The notes beneath the pieces are model-generated. The model was given only the letters and a program-made list of their open reading frames with translations, had not been told where the DNA came from and did not search any database. The position numbers and the translations under genes were made by a program. A stretch of 64,000 bases of DNA from Candidatus Omnitrophota bacterium (GTDB taxonomy: Bacteria > Omnitrophota > Gorgyraeia > Duberdicusellales > Duberdicusellaceae), in NCBI GenBank assembly GCA_021159015.1, contig JAGGSQ010000069.1:1332-65331 (forward strand), in the 5' to 3' direction. Below are positions 19,115 through 28,720 of the stretch, piece by piece. Numbering within the stretch: position 1 is the first letter of the stretch; the number at the start of each line of letters is the position of its first letter.

Positions 19115-21147
19115 GCTTCTTTCTTCTTAGCTGCTTCTACAATGCTCTGGGTAATACGCTGCGGCACTATTTCGTAATGAGAAAAACTCATTAAATAACT
19201 ACCGCGTCCGCCAGTCACCGAACGCAAGTCTGAAGCATAACTAAACATTTCAGAAAGAGGAACCTGTGCTTTTACTACCTGCTTTGTACCCTTGGCTTCC
19301 ATTCCTAAAACACGACCGCGGCGAGAGTTTATGTCTCCGGTTATCTGGCCCATAAATTCTTCCGGCACGGTAATTTCTACATTCATTATTGGCTCCAACA
19401 TAACCACGCCTGCTTGCTCCATAGCTTTTTTAAATGCCATACTCCCTGCAATCTGAAAAGCCATATCTGAGGAGTCCACGGGATGATAAGAACCATCAAA
19501 AAGGGTCACTTTTATATCTACCAAAGGGTAACCGGCCAAAAATCCTTCCTCCATAGCTTTACGAATCCCCTTTTCCACTGAAGGTATAAAATTACGCGGT
19601 ATTCTGCCACCTACAATCTTATCTACAAATTCAAAATCTTTGCCTCTCTCCAAAGGCTCCACTTCAATCCACACATCGCCATATTGACCATGTCCTCCTG
19701 TCTGCTTTTTATATTTGCCCTGTACTTTTGCCGCTTTAGTAATTGTCTCTTTATAAGGGACCTTGGGGCGGCCCAAAGTTACCTCAGCCGAAAACCTTTC
19801 CTTCAGACGCCCAATTATGATATTAATATGTAGTTCTCCTGTGCCGGAAATTATCAGTTCTTTAGTCTGTGTATCGCGTGACACCCGCAAGGTAGGGTCT
19901 TCCAGAGTGAGTTTAGTTAAAGCCTGCGAAATCTTATCTTCATCCTGCCGTGTCTTAGGCTTAATGGAAGCCGAATAAGTAGGAACAGGAAATACCAGTC
20001 GTTCAAACAACACCTTAAAGGACTCCTCCGCCAGAGTATCTGAAGTTACCGCATTTTTTAATTTAGCTACTGCGGCTATATCCCCACAACTAACCACTTC
20101 CCTTGCCTGCTGTTCTTTACCTTGCAAGACAAAAATCTGGCTAAAACGCTCTTTAGTTTTTTGGCTCTGATTATAGAAAGTACTGTTGGGGGAGATCTTA
20201 CCGGAAAACACTCTAAATATACTTAGCTGCCCTACATAGGGATCAAATATGCTCTTTATTACCTGAGCCGCAAAGGGGCCGTCTGCTTTGGATTCTACTA
20301 ATATTTCCTTTCCTTCAGAATCTTTAACCTTTAGAGGCAAACGGTCACTAACCGCAGGCATAACTTCTGTCAACACCTGCAACAAAAGCTCTATGCCCAC
20401 ACCCGAAAGAGCATTTCCGGCTAAAACCGGAAAAAGCTGGCGTTGACGCACGGCTCTATTTAAGGCAGACAAAACCTCTTTAGGCTCCAGGCTACCTTTA
20501 TCCAAGTATTTCTCCAGAAGCGCATCGTCACTTTCTGCTACTATATCTACAATCTGAGAATAGAACTCTTCAAAACCTTTTTTCTCCTCTGCTCCCAAAG
20601 AATCCTTTTTGCTGCTATCAATTATACTCACTACATCTTTAAATGCGGTACCTTTTCCTAAAGGCAAGACTAAGCTTGCGGCTTTCTTAGTCAAATTATT
20701 TTTAATATCCTTTAGACATTGGCTAAAGTCTGCTTCTTCTTTATCCAACTTATTAATAAAAAATAAACAGGGAAGATTTTCTTTCTCAATTATTTCCCAG
20801 GCTTTTTCTGTTCCCACTTCTACTCCCGATGCCGCATCTACTACTATCACGGCAAAATCGCTCCCTCTCACCGCAGCAATTATTTCTCCTACAAAGTCCA
20901 GGTAGCCTGGCGTATCGATAAATTGTAAAGAATAATTTTTGTATTTACAGTTGAGAAAAGAAGCGTTTATGGAACTCTTCCTTTCTATTTCGTCTTTCTC
21001 ATAATCACTCACCGTATTGCCCTCATCTACTTTACCCCAGCGAGTGGTTGCGCCGCTCTGGTACAAAATAGCCTCAGCTAAAGACGTCTTACCGCATTGA
21101 GCATGACCGGCTAACATAAACACTCTTTTCTTATCCAATTCTGCCAT
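19111..21147 (-). CDS. elongation factor G family GTPase (EF-G paralog)
   Basis: G1 AGHAQCGKTS, G3 DTPGYLDF, G4 NKLD. Five-domain EF-G length (678 aa). The G1 motif deviates from the canonical AHIDAGKT. Confidence 0.85.
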   Translation of the reverse strand: MAELDKKRVFMLAGHAQCGKTSLAEAILYQSGATTRWGKVDEGNTVSDYEKDEIERKSSINASFLNCKYKNYSLQFIDTPGYLDFVGEIIAAVRGSDFAVIVVDAASGVEVGTEKAWEIIEKENLPCLFFINKLDKEEADFSQCLKDIKNNLTKKAASLVLPLGKGTAFKDVVSIIDSSKKDSLGAEEKKGFEEFYSQIVDIVAESDDALLEKYLDKGSLEPKEVLSALNRAVRQRQLFPVLAGNALSGVGIELLLQVLTEVMPAVSDRLPLKVKDSEGKEILVESKADGPFAAQVIKSIFDPYVGQLSIFRVFSGKISPNSTFYNQSQKTKERFSQIFVLQGKEQQAREVVSCGDIAAVAKLKNAVTSDTLAEESFKVLFERLVFPVPTYSASIKPKTRQDEDKISQALTKLTLEDPTLRVSRDTQTKELIISGTGELHINIIIGRLKERFSAEVTLGRPKVPYKETITKAAKVQGKYKKQTGGHGQYGDVWIEVEPLERGKDFEFVDKIVGGRIPRNFIPSVEKGIRKAMEEGFLAGYPLVDIKVTLFDGSYHPVDSSDMAFQIAGSMAFKKAMEQAGVVMLEPIMNVEITVPEEFMGQITGDINSRRGRVLGMEAKGTKQVVKAQVPLSEMFSYASDLRSVTGGRGSYLMSFSHYEIVPQRITQSIVEAAKKKEA

Positions 21148-21225
21148 AAAACCCTCCTAATGTTTTAAGCTGAGTTTTAATTATAGTAAAAATAAGTAGA
21201 GGCGTCAAACAAAAAGCTTTAGCTT

Positions 21226-21960
21226 TTAAAGAGGCTCGTGAGATACTGAGCTTATTTTCATATTTCCCCAAAGGCCAATTTGACTGTCCTTAACAATATA
21301 AATTCCTTCTATCCCTTCAAAACGGCGTCCGTAGGCTAAAGCCTTTTTTATATCACAAGGCGCTTTTACCATATTAGCCAGGCGCGTGCTGAGCCCATCG
21401 GACAAAATCGCCGAGCGGCTTACTACGGTAACCAAATCCGCCTGCCCCAGACTAAGGCTATGCCCGAAGGTAGAAGAAGAAGAACAAATGCCTAAAGGAT
21501 AGTCCCTTTCCTCCAGAACTAACACTACACGACTTAAGGAATTATGCGTTACTACCAAAGGTTGTATGAATATAGGTCCTTTTTTCGCCAGGAATATATC
21601 GCCGCCGTTCTCAACGATAAATTGAGGAGTCTGTTTTAAAAGCTCACGCCCCGAAAATTCGGCGATTGCCCCGGCTACCGTAGCTAAAGGGCCAATATCC
21701 AAAAGTTGAGATACAGCCAGCATTTCTTTCACTAAAGGATATTTTGTCTCTATTTCCAGGGGCGAAAGAGAAGTAGCAAAAGCAGGGTATTTCTCTACAA
21801 TTTCAGCTACCTGGTTATAATATTTCTGTATTATTTCCTGGGCGCAGTTGTCTAAAGGACGAGAAGAATAAATCACAACATCGGCTTCGTTTACCATCAC
21901 GCGGCAGGAAAAGAAGTTTTCCTTATTCAGGTAATTACGATAGAATCTCTCCTCATACAT
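21226..21960 (-). CDS. hypothetical protein, possibly UPF0280/ApbE-like family
   Basis: DIGPLATVAGAIAEFSGRELL...ENGGDIFL resembles the ApbE/UPF0280 GPMAAVAGA...NGGDI pattern. The family assignment is from memory only. Confidence 0.5.
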   Translation of the reverse strand: MYEERFYRNYLNKENFFSCRVMVNEADVVIYSSRPLDNCAQEIIQKYYNQVAEIVEKYPAFATSLSPLEIETKYPLVKEMLAVSQLLDIGPLATVAGAIAEFSGRELLKQTPQFIVENGGDIFLAKKGPIFIQPLVVTHNSLSRVVLVLEERDYPLGICSSSSTFGHSLSLGQADLVTVVSRSAILSDGLSTRLANMVKAPCDIKKALAYGRRFEGIEGIYIVKDSQIGLWGNMKISSVSHEPL

Positions 21961-21962
21961 AC

Positions 21963-22613
21963 CTAATGAGAAGGTCGAAGCACTACTACTTTAAGGGAAG
22001 AGGGAAGATTCTGAAAATTTATCTCTATCTGGCTCTGAGAAGAATATTCTACGGCACTAAACCGAGAGGCAAAATCTTCCACACCGGCTATATCAAAACC
22101 TAATTTCTCAGTCTTGAAATGCATGGGAATAACCAAACGAGGATTAACTTTTTCGCATACTAATTTAGCCTCTTGAGGCCCTAAGGTATACACTCCTCCT
22201 ACAGGTACCAGCAATGCCGCTGTGTTTTTTAAAGCGTCATAATCTATGAGCGTAGTTCCTAAGTCCCCTAAATGAACCACCTTAAGACCTTCCAGTTCAA
22301 AAATAAAAATAAGATTCGGACCCCTCTCTCTGCCTTGCTTTTCATCATGAAAAGAAGTTAAAGCTTTTATCTTTATCTCTCCCCGGCTGTATTCTCCCGC
22401 CTGGCGAAAAACTTGCGGTTTGGTTTTGAACCCGGCCAGATAGTTGTGGTCAAAATGTTCATGAGATATAGTGACTATGTCTGGCTCAATTTCTATCTTC
22501 CGGTATCGGACAGCCCCGCCATAACTTCCTGGTTCATAAGGGTCAGTAATAATCTTTACCCCTCTTTCTGTCTGCAACAGGAAACTAGCATGGCCTAACC
22601 ATTCAATAATCAT
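21963..22613 (-). CDS. MBL-fold metallo-hydrolase
   Basis: ISHEHFDHN, the HxHxDH metallo-beta-lactamase motif. 216 aa. Confidence 0.8.
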   Translation of the reverse strand: MIIEWLGHASFLLQTERGVKIITDPYEPGSYGGAVRYRKIEIEPDIVTISHEHFDHNYLAGFKTKPQVFRQAGEYSRGEIKIKALTSFHDEKQGRERGPNLIFIFELEGLKVVHLGDLGTTLIDYDALKNTAALLVPVGGVYTLGPQEAKLVCEKVNPRLVIPMHFKTEKLGFDIAGVEDFASRFSAVEYSSQSQIEINFQNLPSSLKVVVLRPSH

Positions 22614-22625
22614 TTCCCCCTCCTA

Positions 22626-23642
22626 TTAATATATCACCTTACTAAAATCTAATTCGTTTTTCTCCAGTTTCTCTGCCAGCGCTTTTACCCGCAAAAGCCG
22701 CTCGGTAGTGGTAGGATGATCGGCCAATAAAGAAGCGTTAAGGCTCTGAGGCAGCTCTATAGCAAAGCGTTCCCAGATCTCAATGCCTCTTTTTACATTG
22801 AACCCTCCCAGATAAGCAAAGATGACTCCGAAATAATCCGCCTCCCGTTCAAAATCCCGCGAGAATTTGGCATTAAATATACCACCCAACTGCCGACCGA
22901 TTTCTCCTCCTTGAGGAATATTCTGAGACAGGCCCCAATGAACCAGCGCGGCCAATAACCCTAATCCCTGACGTTTAAGCAGGTGCCCTTTAGCAATATG
23001 CGCCATCTCATGTCCTATTACTACCGCCAGCTCATCGTCGTTTTTTACAAAATTGAGCAGGCCGTAAGTAACCACCACTACACCTTCTCCCGCGGCAGCA
23101 TTTACCGCCTCAGAAGGAACAGTGCCAAAACGGACAAAATAACCCATCTTAAGCGGCCGGCATAAAAGGTTTACGGTTTCTTCCCCTCTTTTTACCTTCA
23201 AGCGCCATAGCTTTCTTTGCTTTTCTTTTATAAGCCAGCGGTAGTAATCCCCAACTCCGGAAAGAGCATGATTATTAATTTTAAGAATAATATCGCCTGT
23301 TTTTACGCCTGCCTCCGCCGCGGGCGAGCCGGGCACTACTCCGTAAACAACTGCCCCTTTGTCCGAAGGCAGAGACAATACGGCTTGAATATCTTTATTA
23401 TTGTCGGCAACTAAAGCACCTATATAGTTATAGTTAAGCCCCCGCCGCGGGCGCAGGGATTTTAATATCCTGAACCCGATGTTATTGACCCGCAGGTCCT
23501 TCTGCATACGGTAGTAAAGGGCTTTGCGGCGCAGCTGAGTCTCCGTCTGCTGAAGTGCCTGCTGCGAAGGATAAGGTCCTACCGTAACACAACCGGATAG
23601 AGACAAAAAAATAAAGACACTAAAGCTTCTTAAGAAATTCAT
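22626..23642 (-). CDS. M48-family zinc metallopeptidase with a PDZ domain (lipoprotein)
   Basis: HEMAHIAKGH (HEXXH) with a downstream E. PDZ-like GVKTGDIILKINNHAL. Signal peptide with an LSLSGC lipobox. Confidence 0.8.
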   Translation of the reverse strand: MNFLRSFSVFIFLSLSGCVTVGPYPSQQALQQTETQLRRKALYYRMQKDLRVNNIGFRILKSLRPRRGLNYNYIGALVADNNKDIQAVLSLPSDKGAVVYGVVPGSPAAEAGVKTGDIILKINNHALSGVGDYYRWLIKEKQRKLWRLKVKRGEETVNLLCRPLKMGYFVRFGTVPSEAVNAAAGEGVVVVTYGLLNFVKNDDELAVVIGHEMAHIAKGHLLKRQGLGLLAALVHWGLSQNIPQGGEIGRQLGGIFNAKFSRDFEREADYFGVIFAYLGGFNVKRGIEIWERFAIELPQSLNASLLADHPTTTERLLRVKALAEKLEKNELDFSKVIY

Positions 23643-24309
23643 AACCTATACCAATATCTACAACTACTGCCTCTCCCCAATAGGATTTAGTCGTAGGATA
23701 TAAAAGAGTGCGTTTGGGAGTAACAAAAGTTATAGTTAAATCGGCTTTTACCGCTGTATCTACTTCTCTTGAGTCGGCACTAAGGCCTGAGGGTATATCA
23801 AGAGAAACTACTCTGGCTTCTGCTTGATTTATTATCTCAAAAATATTACGGTAAAAAGGATGCAGGGGAAGATGAAAATTTATTCCGAAAATGCCATCAA
23901 TTACCACCTCTGTTTTTTTGAGTGCTTGTTTTAGCTTCCTGAGCGAAGCAGAGCTACCCAAATAAACAGGTGTAACCCTAAAGACTTTCTGCAGCACACT
24001 AAGCTCAAACTTAACCTGCGTGTTAACATCACTTCTTGCAGCTGCTATGAAAACTTTTGCCTTTTTGCCCGCATTCATGAGGTGGCGACAGGAAGCCAAA
24101 GCATCTGCCCCGTTATTGCCTTTTCCAGCAACAACTACGCATGTCTTAAATTTAAAGCGGCTGAGAATTACCCTACTCGCGCCCCGGCTGGCATTCTCAA
24201 TTAACAGCAACTCCGGCAAAAAACGTTTTGCCTTCTTGTCCAAACGGCGGACTTCGGCTTGCGTCAGATAAGGAATCTTGAGAGAATATTTCTGGTTTTG
24301 TCCAGGCAT
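23620..24309 (-). CDS. nnrE: NAD(P)H-hydrate epimerase (stand-alone YjeF-N domain)
   Basis: VVAGKGNNGADALA is the YjeF_N signature. I placed the start at MPGQNQ (ATG 24309). The ORF-track N-terminal extension overlaps the upstream gene and is not family-like. Confidence 0.75.
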   Translation of the reverse strand: MPGQNQKYSLKIPYLTQAEVRRLDKKAKRFLPELLLIENASRGASRVILSRFKFKTCVVVAGKGNNGADALASCRHLMNAGKKAKVFIAAARSDVNTQVKFELSVLQKVFRVTPVYLGSSASLRKLKQALKKTEVVIDGIFGINFHLPLHPFYRNIFEIINQAEARVVSLDIPSGLSADSREVDTAVKADLTITFVTPKRTLLYPTTKSYWGEAVVVDIGIGYEFLKKL

Positions 24310-24424
24310 AATAAAAGAGTATTTAGATCTATAGTATATCTCATTTTTTTTCTTCCTGTCAATTCTTCTTGCACTTTTAAGAAGGAGGTTTAAAATAGTT
24401 GAGAAAGCTAAAAAGGAGGAAAAA

Positions 24425-24742
24425 ATGCCAGAGTTTGCAAGTCCCTTTTCCGGTCTTACCCCCGCAAAGAAACTAAGCAGCGAAGAATTGATCCGGGCCA
24501 TCCGCTTCATGGTAGCAGCAGAATACGAAGCCGTACAGATGTATATGCAGGTGGCAGAATCAACCGATAACAAATTAGCAAAAGCAGTACTAAAAGATAT
24601 CGCCGACGAAGAAAAAGTTCATGCAGGAGAGTTTTTGCGCCTTTTAAAGGCTCTAGAGCCGGAAGAAGAAAAGTTTTATCAAGAAGGCGCAGAAGAGGTA
24701 GAAGAAGAAATTAAAAAGACCGGCCGAAAAGGAAAATTTTAG
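24425..24742 (+). CDS. small ferritin-like/rubrerythrin-like diiron-domain protein
   Basis: AAEYEAV...DIADEEKVHAGEF matches the E...EExxH half-site pattern. An AGGAGG RBS sits 6 nt upstream. 105 aa, one of the few plus-strand genes. Confidence 0.6.
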   Translation: MPEFASPFSGLTPAKKLSSEELIRAIRFMVAAEYEAVQMYMQVAESTDNKLAKAVLKDIADEEKVHAGEFLRLLKALEPEEEKFYQEGAEEVEEEIKKTGRKGKF

Positions 24743-25734
24743 TGGTCAAGACGCTTCTTGCGGAAGAGGTCTAAAAAGCGGTCTTCGTATTCAGCGTAAA
24801 CATTCCAGCTGTCTAAAAGCTTTTTAAGTTCAGAGGCAAAAGAAATATCTTTCTCTGCCTGGCGAAAAAGATCTTCGATCTTTGCTCTTACTGACTGCGG
24901 CAATTTACTATACTTATTTAATTCTTTCTTGATCCGTTGAATATCTTCCTCACTAAGCGGTGTCTGTTCAGGGAAAGATGCCTCTCCTTTTAGATAGCTA
25001 ATCAATTTATCTATCTCCTCTTTTATATAATTACTGCGTTGAATAAGCAAACTAAAATCTATGTCTAGATTAAGGTATCGCCTGAGAGTATCCAATACTT
25101 TTAAAGTAGCGCGGGGATTTTCAATCTGAATAGTATAAAAAGGAATTTCCCCCAGAAGGCAGGCTCCCCTCATTCCCATTTCTTTAGCTACCCCTAGAAG
25201 CAAACCATTAAGACCACTAATTTGCCCCTCGTTTAAAATCTCCCCCCCCAATTTCTGTATATCTTTCAGCACTGCTGTATGGCTGGCCACTACCCAAACA
25301 CGAGGGTCCTGATTGTGGTCAATAGGCTGCGGCATAGCCGCAAAAGTAAATACCTCTTTAATCTTAAGGCTGGCAGAAAACTCTAGAATCTGGCGTGAGA
25401 AAATATATCCTTTATCCAAAGGCGGCTGAGCTTGAGATATAAACAAAACAGCGTCTCTTTCTTTCTGACGGCTAAAATAAAACGTTCCTTCTTCTATTTT
25501 GGGCAGCTCCGCAATTCCCCGCTGGCTAATAATACCAATAGGCTCAAAAAGTCCGCTTTTTTCTACTCTGGCAAACTCTTGAAAATTAAGAGCATTTTTA
25601 AGGAAAAGACCGGCTTTAAGCGACACCTCTCCCATGCCTGGCCAGCAAGCAATTAAATAGGGCTTCTTTAGCCTGGGGGATTTAAGCTTTCTTATCATCA
25701 TCTGGGTTATACCATCAATCGCAAAAGATTGCAA
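24739..25734 (-). CDS. PAC2-family protein (proteasome-assembly-chaperone-2-like fold)
   Basis: KPYLIACWPGMGEVSLKAGLFL and GQISGLNGLLLGVAKEMGMRGACLLGE match PAC2 family signatures. 331 aa with a C-terminal coiled-coil-like extension. Confidence 0.6.
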   Translation of the reverse strand: MQSFAIDGITQMMIRKLKSPRLKKPYLIACWPGMGEVSLKAGLFLKNALNFQEFARVEKSGLFEPIGIISQRGIAELPKIEEGTFYFSRQKERDAVLFISQAQPPLDKGYIFSRQILEFSASLKIKEVFTFAAMPQPIDHNQDPRVWVVASHTAVLKDIQKLGGEILNEGQISGLNGLLLGVAKEMGMRGACLLGEIPFYTIQIENPRATLKVLDTLRRYLNLDIDFSLLIQRSNYIKEEIDKLISYLKGEASFPEQTPLSEEDIQRIKKELNKYSKLPQSVRAKIEDLFRQAEKDISFASELKKLLDSWNVYAEYEDRFLDLFRKKRLDH

Positions 25735-25743
25735 CTAATAAAA

Positions 25744-27207
25744 TCAGAAACCAAACCAGCCCTCAACTGGAGAGGGGCCGTTTCCTATACCAATATGTTT
25801 AATGTGGCAAAATTCGAAAAACCCCGCTGGCCCCAAAACTCTGGCCCAGCCACTTTGTTTCATACCTCCAAAAGGAGTAGCAGGAGACATCTCGGCAAAA
25901 GTATTTATCCAGACTGTGCCTGCCTGAGCTTTACGGGCTAAGTTTTCTGCCTGCGCCAGATCTGCGGTCCAGATTTGAAGAGTAAGGCCAGAGGGATTCT
26001 TCTCCAAAATTTCTTCCGCCTCTTCTGCTTCAAAACTCTTAATCATCAATACAGGAGCAAAGAACTCTTCCCATACCAACTCTCTCAACTCCAGTAAAGT
26101 GGGCAAATAAAAATTAGTCCCTTCCACCCTCCTGCCTCCGCTTATAATTTTAGCCTGAGCCTCCCCTACTAGTCTCTTTACTTTCTTATCCACTTCTTCC
26201 AGATAAGAAGAACTAATCAGCGCCGCCAGATTAGCAGAAGGATCCTGGGGATCACCTAAATGTATTTTTTCTACTTTTTCCTTTAGCATTGTTTTTACCT
26301 GAGAAAAGACTTCTTCTTCTATAAGCAAAAGACTAACCCCAATACATATTTGCCCCTGTTTCATAAACGCTGCCGCCAATATATTATCAACTGCTCTTTC
26401 TAAATGAGCCGATTTGAAAATAAACCCTACATTGCACCCTCCCAGTTCACAGATAATCTTCTTAGGGTGAGAGGCACTTTCCCGATATACCTGCATAAAA
26501 GTTTTGCGGCTGCCGGTAAAAGAAAGAATATCCACCTCACTCTGAGCTAAAGCCTTTCCTATCTTTTCCCCTCTTCCGCTGACTATATTAATAAGACCGG
26601 GCGGCAAATCAAGCTTGTCCAGAAATTGAGCCAGTTTAAGAAGGGAAAGGCTGGCAAATTCCGAAGGTTTTACAATTACAGCATTCCCTGCGGCCAGTGC
26701 GGCGGCTACACTAAATCCAAAAATCATCAGAGGCACATTGTAAGGAAGAATTATGCCTGCTACGCCATAAGGCTCATAAGTAAAAATATCCCACCCCTTT
26801 TGAGAAGCAGGAGAAACCACAGAAAGTGATTCTAAAAAAGAGGCATAGTATTTAAAACAATCAGCGGCCAGAGGGACATCAACAAAGAGAGATTCTTTCA
26901 TAATTTTACCCACATCTTTACTCTCTATTTCGGCAAGAAGGGAAAGATTATCCAGAATAGTCTCTCCTATCTGTCGCAAAGTTTGTGCCCGCGCAGAAAA
27001 AGGCGTATTTCTCCAAATGGCCAGGGCTTGGCGCGATTTCTCTAAAGCAAAAGCCAGGTCGCGCGCTTCTGTCTCAAACATATACCCTAATACTTCCCTC
27101 TTCGCCGCTGCCTCACAAACAAGCCTATTGTTACTCTTCCTAAATTCCCCTCCTACATAGTAGAGATATTCCTCCATAAAACCTCCTGCTGTTTTAGCCT
27201 TCGACAT
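25744..27207 (-). CDS. NAD(P)-dependent aldehyde dehydrogenase
   Basis: ALDH catalytic Cys in QGQICIGVS. Glu in ELGGCN. GSRKTF/SGRGEKIG NAD-binding region. 487 aa. Confidence 0.85.
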   Translation of the reverse strand: MSKAKTAGGFMEEYLYYVGGEFRKSNNRLVCEAAAKREVLGYMFETEARDLAFALEKSRQALAIWRNTPFSARAQTLRQIGETILDNLSLLAEIESKDVGKIMKESLFVDVPLAADCFKYYASFLESLSVVSPASQKGWDIFTYEPYGVAGIILPYNVPLMIFGFSVAAALAAGNAVIVKPSEFASLSLLKLAQFLDKLDLPPGLINIVSGRGEKIGKALAQSEVDILSFTGSRKTFMQVYRESASHPKKIICELGGCNVGFIFKSAHLERAVDNILAAAFMKQGQICIGVSLLLIEEEVFSQVKTMLKEKVEKIHLGDPQDPSANLAALISSSYLEEVDKKVKRLVGEAQAKIISGGRRVEGTNFYLPTLLELRELVWEEFFAPVLMIKSFEAEEAEEILEKNPSGLTLQIWTADLAQAENLARKAQAGTVWINTFAEMSPATPFGGMKQSGWARVLGPAGFFEFCHIKHIGIGNGPSPVEGWFGF

Positions 27208-27304
27208 TTACCATTATACTGATTTACACTTTGTAGTCCAGCCGTACTTCTAAATAACAATTTTTCTTCCCCCCTATCTCTTCGCTCTGATTTATATAAC
27301 TAAT

Positions 27305-28705
27305 TTAAAAAGTATACTTCAACTCGCAGACAATCTGATTGTTATTGCGATACTGGCCGTTAGAACCATAAGCCGGACCCCAAAAGTGATGATAGCCTAA
27401 GGTAAGCCAGAGATTATCCCGCATCTCAAACTTAGTCTTAAAAGAGACCCGTCCGTCGTTGTCGTCGCCATAAATTATCAGCACTTCCGGCTTAATCCTC
27501 TCATATACAAAGTCTGTGGCTACCTTAAGGGTAACGTAGCTTTCTACTTTATCCATAAGCCCGTAAGTATAAGAACTCAGAGCGTGTTTGCCTTTAAAGG
27601 TAGGGTTGTTATGAATAAACTGGGCAAACTGCAGAGAGAAAAGCCAGTTTGTAAAGTAATATTTATCAAATCCTAATACATAGGTATATTTGTCACTTCT
27701 TTCGGTGTAACTTCTGTGCCCCTGGCTGCCATAATAAGTAGGCTCATTACGCAAGTAAGCAAATTCTCCTCTCAACGTCAACCCTTTCAGGAGGCCGGCG
27801 TTGGTAAAAGACTTGTTGAAAGAAAAACCGATGAGCTGCATTAGCTTGTGCCGGCGGGAATAATAATAATTACCCTTAGGCATACCTAAGGCGGGAATCA
27901 GACCGCCGGTAATTACTACACCATCGGAATAGGTATAAGCACTGGTAGAATAACCATAAAGCCAGTTGAGAGTGTAGTCTATGCCGGCAAATATAGAACG
28001 CCAGCGCAGACCAACTCGCGAATTTTTCAGTTTAGAAGAAGGCCGGTAAATCGCCGTACTCATACTGCCGCCGGCGGCTTCCATAATGCTTTTTACCGTA
28101 TCAAAATCATTCACTGCTTTGAAAGCAAAGGTATCGCCGGCCTTAGCCGAACGCGAAGCTTCAAAGTCAGGAATCAAGAGAAACTGTAAAGTGGAATTCA
28201 GCCAGGGCGAATACTCCACCTTAATCATCCACAAAGGGATTCTGATATCGGCAAAGTCGGGCAGCCAGTAGCGGGTCAAATCAAAAGGCATAACCCGGTC
28301 TAAAAAAGGCAGGCCGTCGGCCTGGCCCCAAACAACTTGCTGTTTGCCAATTCTCACATCCAGCTGGTCTGAAATATAATCCAGGTAGCAGTCGCGCAGC
28401 CATTCTGTTCTCTGCGTAGTGCCGGCTTTTTCCTGATTTCTGTCAAACGCCCCCTCTCTTATGCCGTAGGCAAAATCGTAAAAATAGCGCGGATGCACAA
28501 AGAGAGTCCATTCGTCTGAGATGCGGTATTGCGCTTCTAAATCAAGCGTATTGCGGAAAGATGAAAGGAACTGATGAGAGTTGTCATTGTTAGTCTGGAC
28601 CCATACTTCGGTTTTAACATAGCTGGAATATTCAAAATTATTGCCGGTTTGAGCCGCCAGAACAGATAAAGGAAATAAAAAACAGAAAAGTAATAGCTTC
28701 TTCAT
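27305..28705 (-). CDS. outer-membrane beta-barrel protein (DUF1302-like)
   Basis: Signal peptide MKKLLLFCFLFPLSVLAAQT. Aromatic-rich with alternating hydrophobic pattern. C-terminal ...CELKYTF, ending in the terminal Phe typical of OMPs. Confidence 0.6.
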   Translation of the reverse strand: MKKLLLFCFLFPLSVLAAQTGNNFEYSSYVKTEVWVQTNNDNSHQFLSSFRNTLDLEAQYRISDEWTLFVHPRYFYDFAYGIREGAFDRNQEKAGTTQRTEWLRDCYLDYISDQLDVRIGKQQVVWGQADGLPFLDRVMPFDLTRYWLPDFADIRIPLWMIKVEYSPWLNSTLQFLLIPDFEASRSAKAGDTFAFKAVNDFDTVKSIMEAAGGSMSTAIYRPSSKLKNSRVGLRWRSIFAGIDYTLNWLYGYSTSAYTYSDGVVITGGLIPALGMPKGNYYYSRRHKLMQLIGFSFNKSFTNAGLLKGLTLRGEFAYLRNEPTYYGSQGHRSYTERSDKYTYVLGFDKYYFTNWLFSLQFAQFIHNNPTFKGKHALSSYTYGLMDKVESYVTLKVATDFVYERIKPEVLIIYGDDNDGRVSFKTKFEMRDNLWLTLGYHHFWGPAYGSNGQYRNNNQIVCELKYTF

Positions 28706-28720
28706 TTTCTTACCTCCTTT

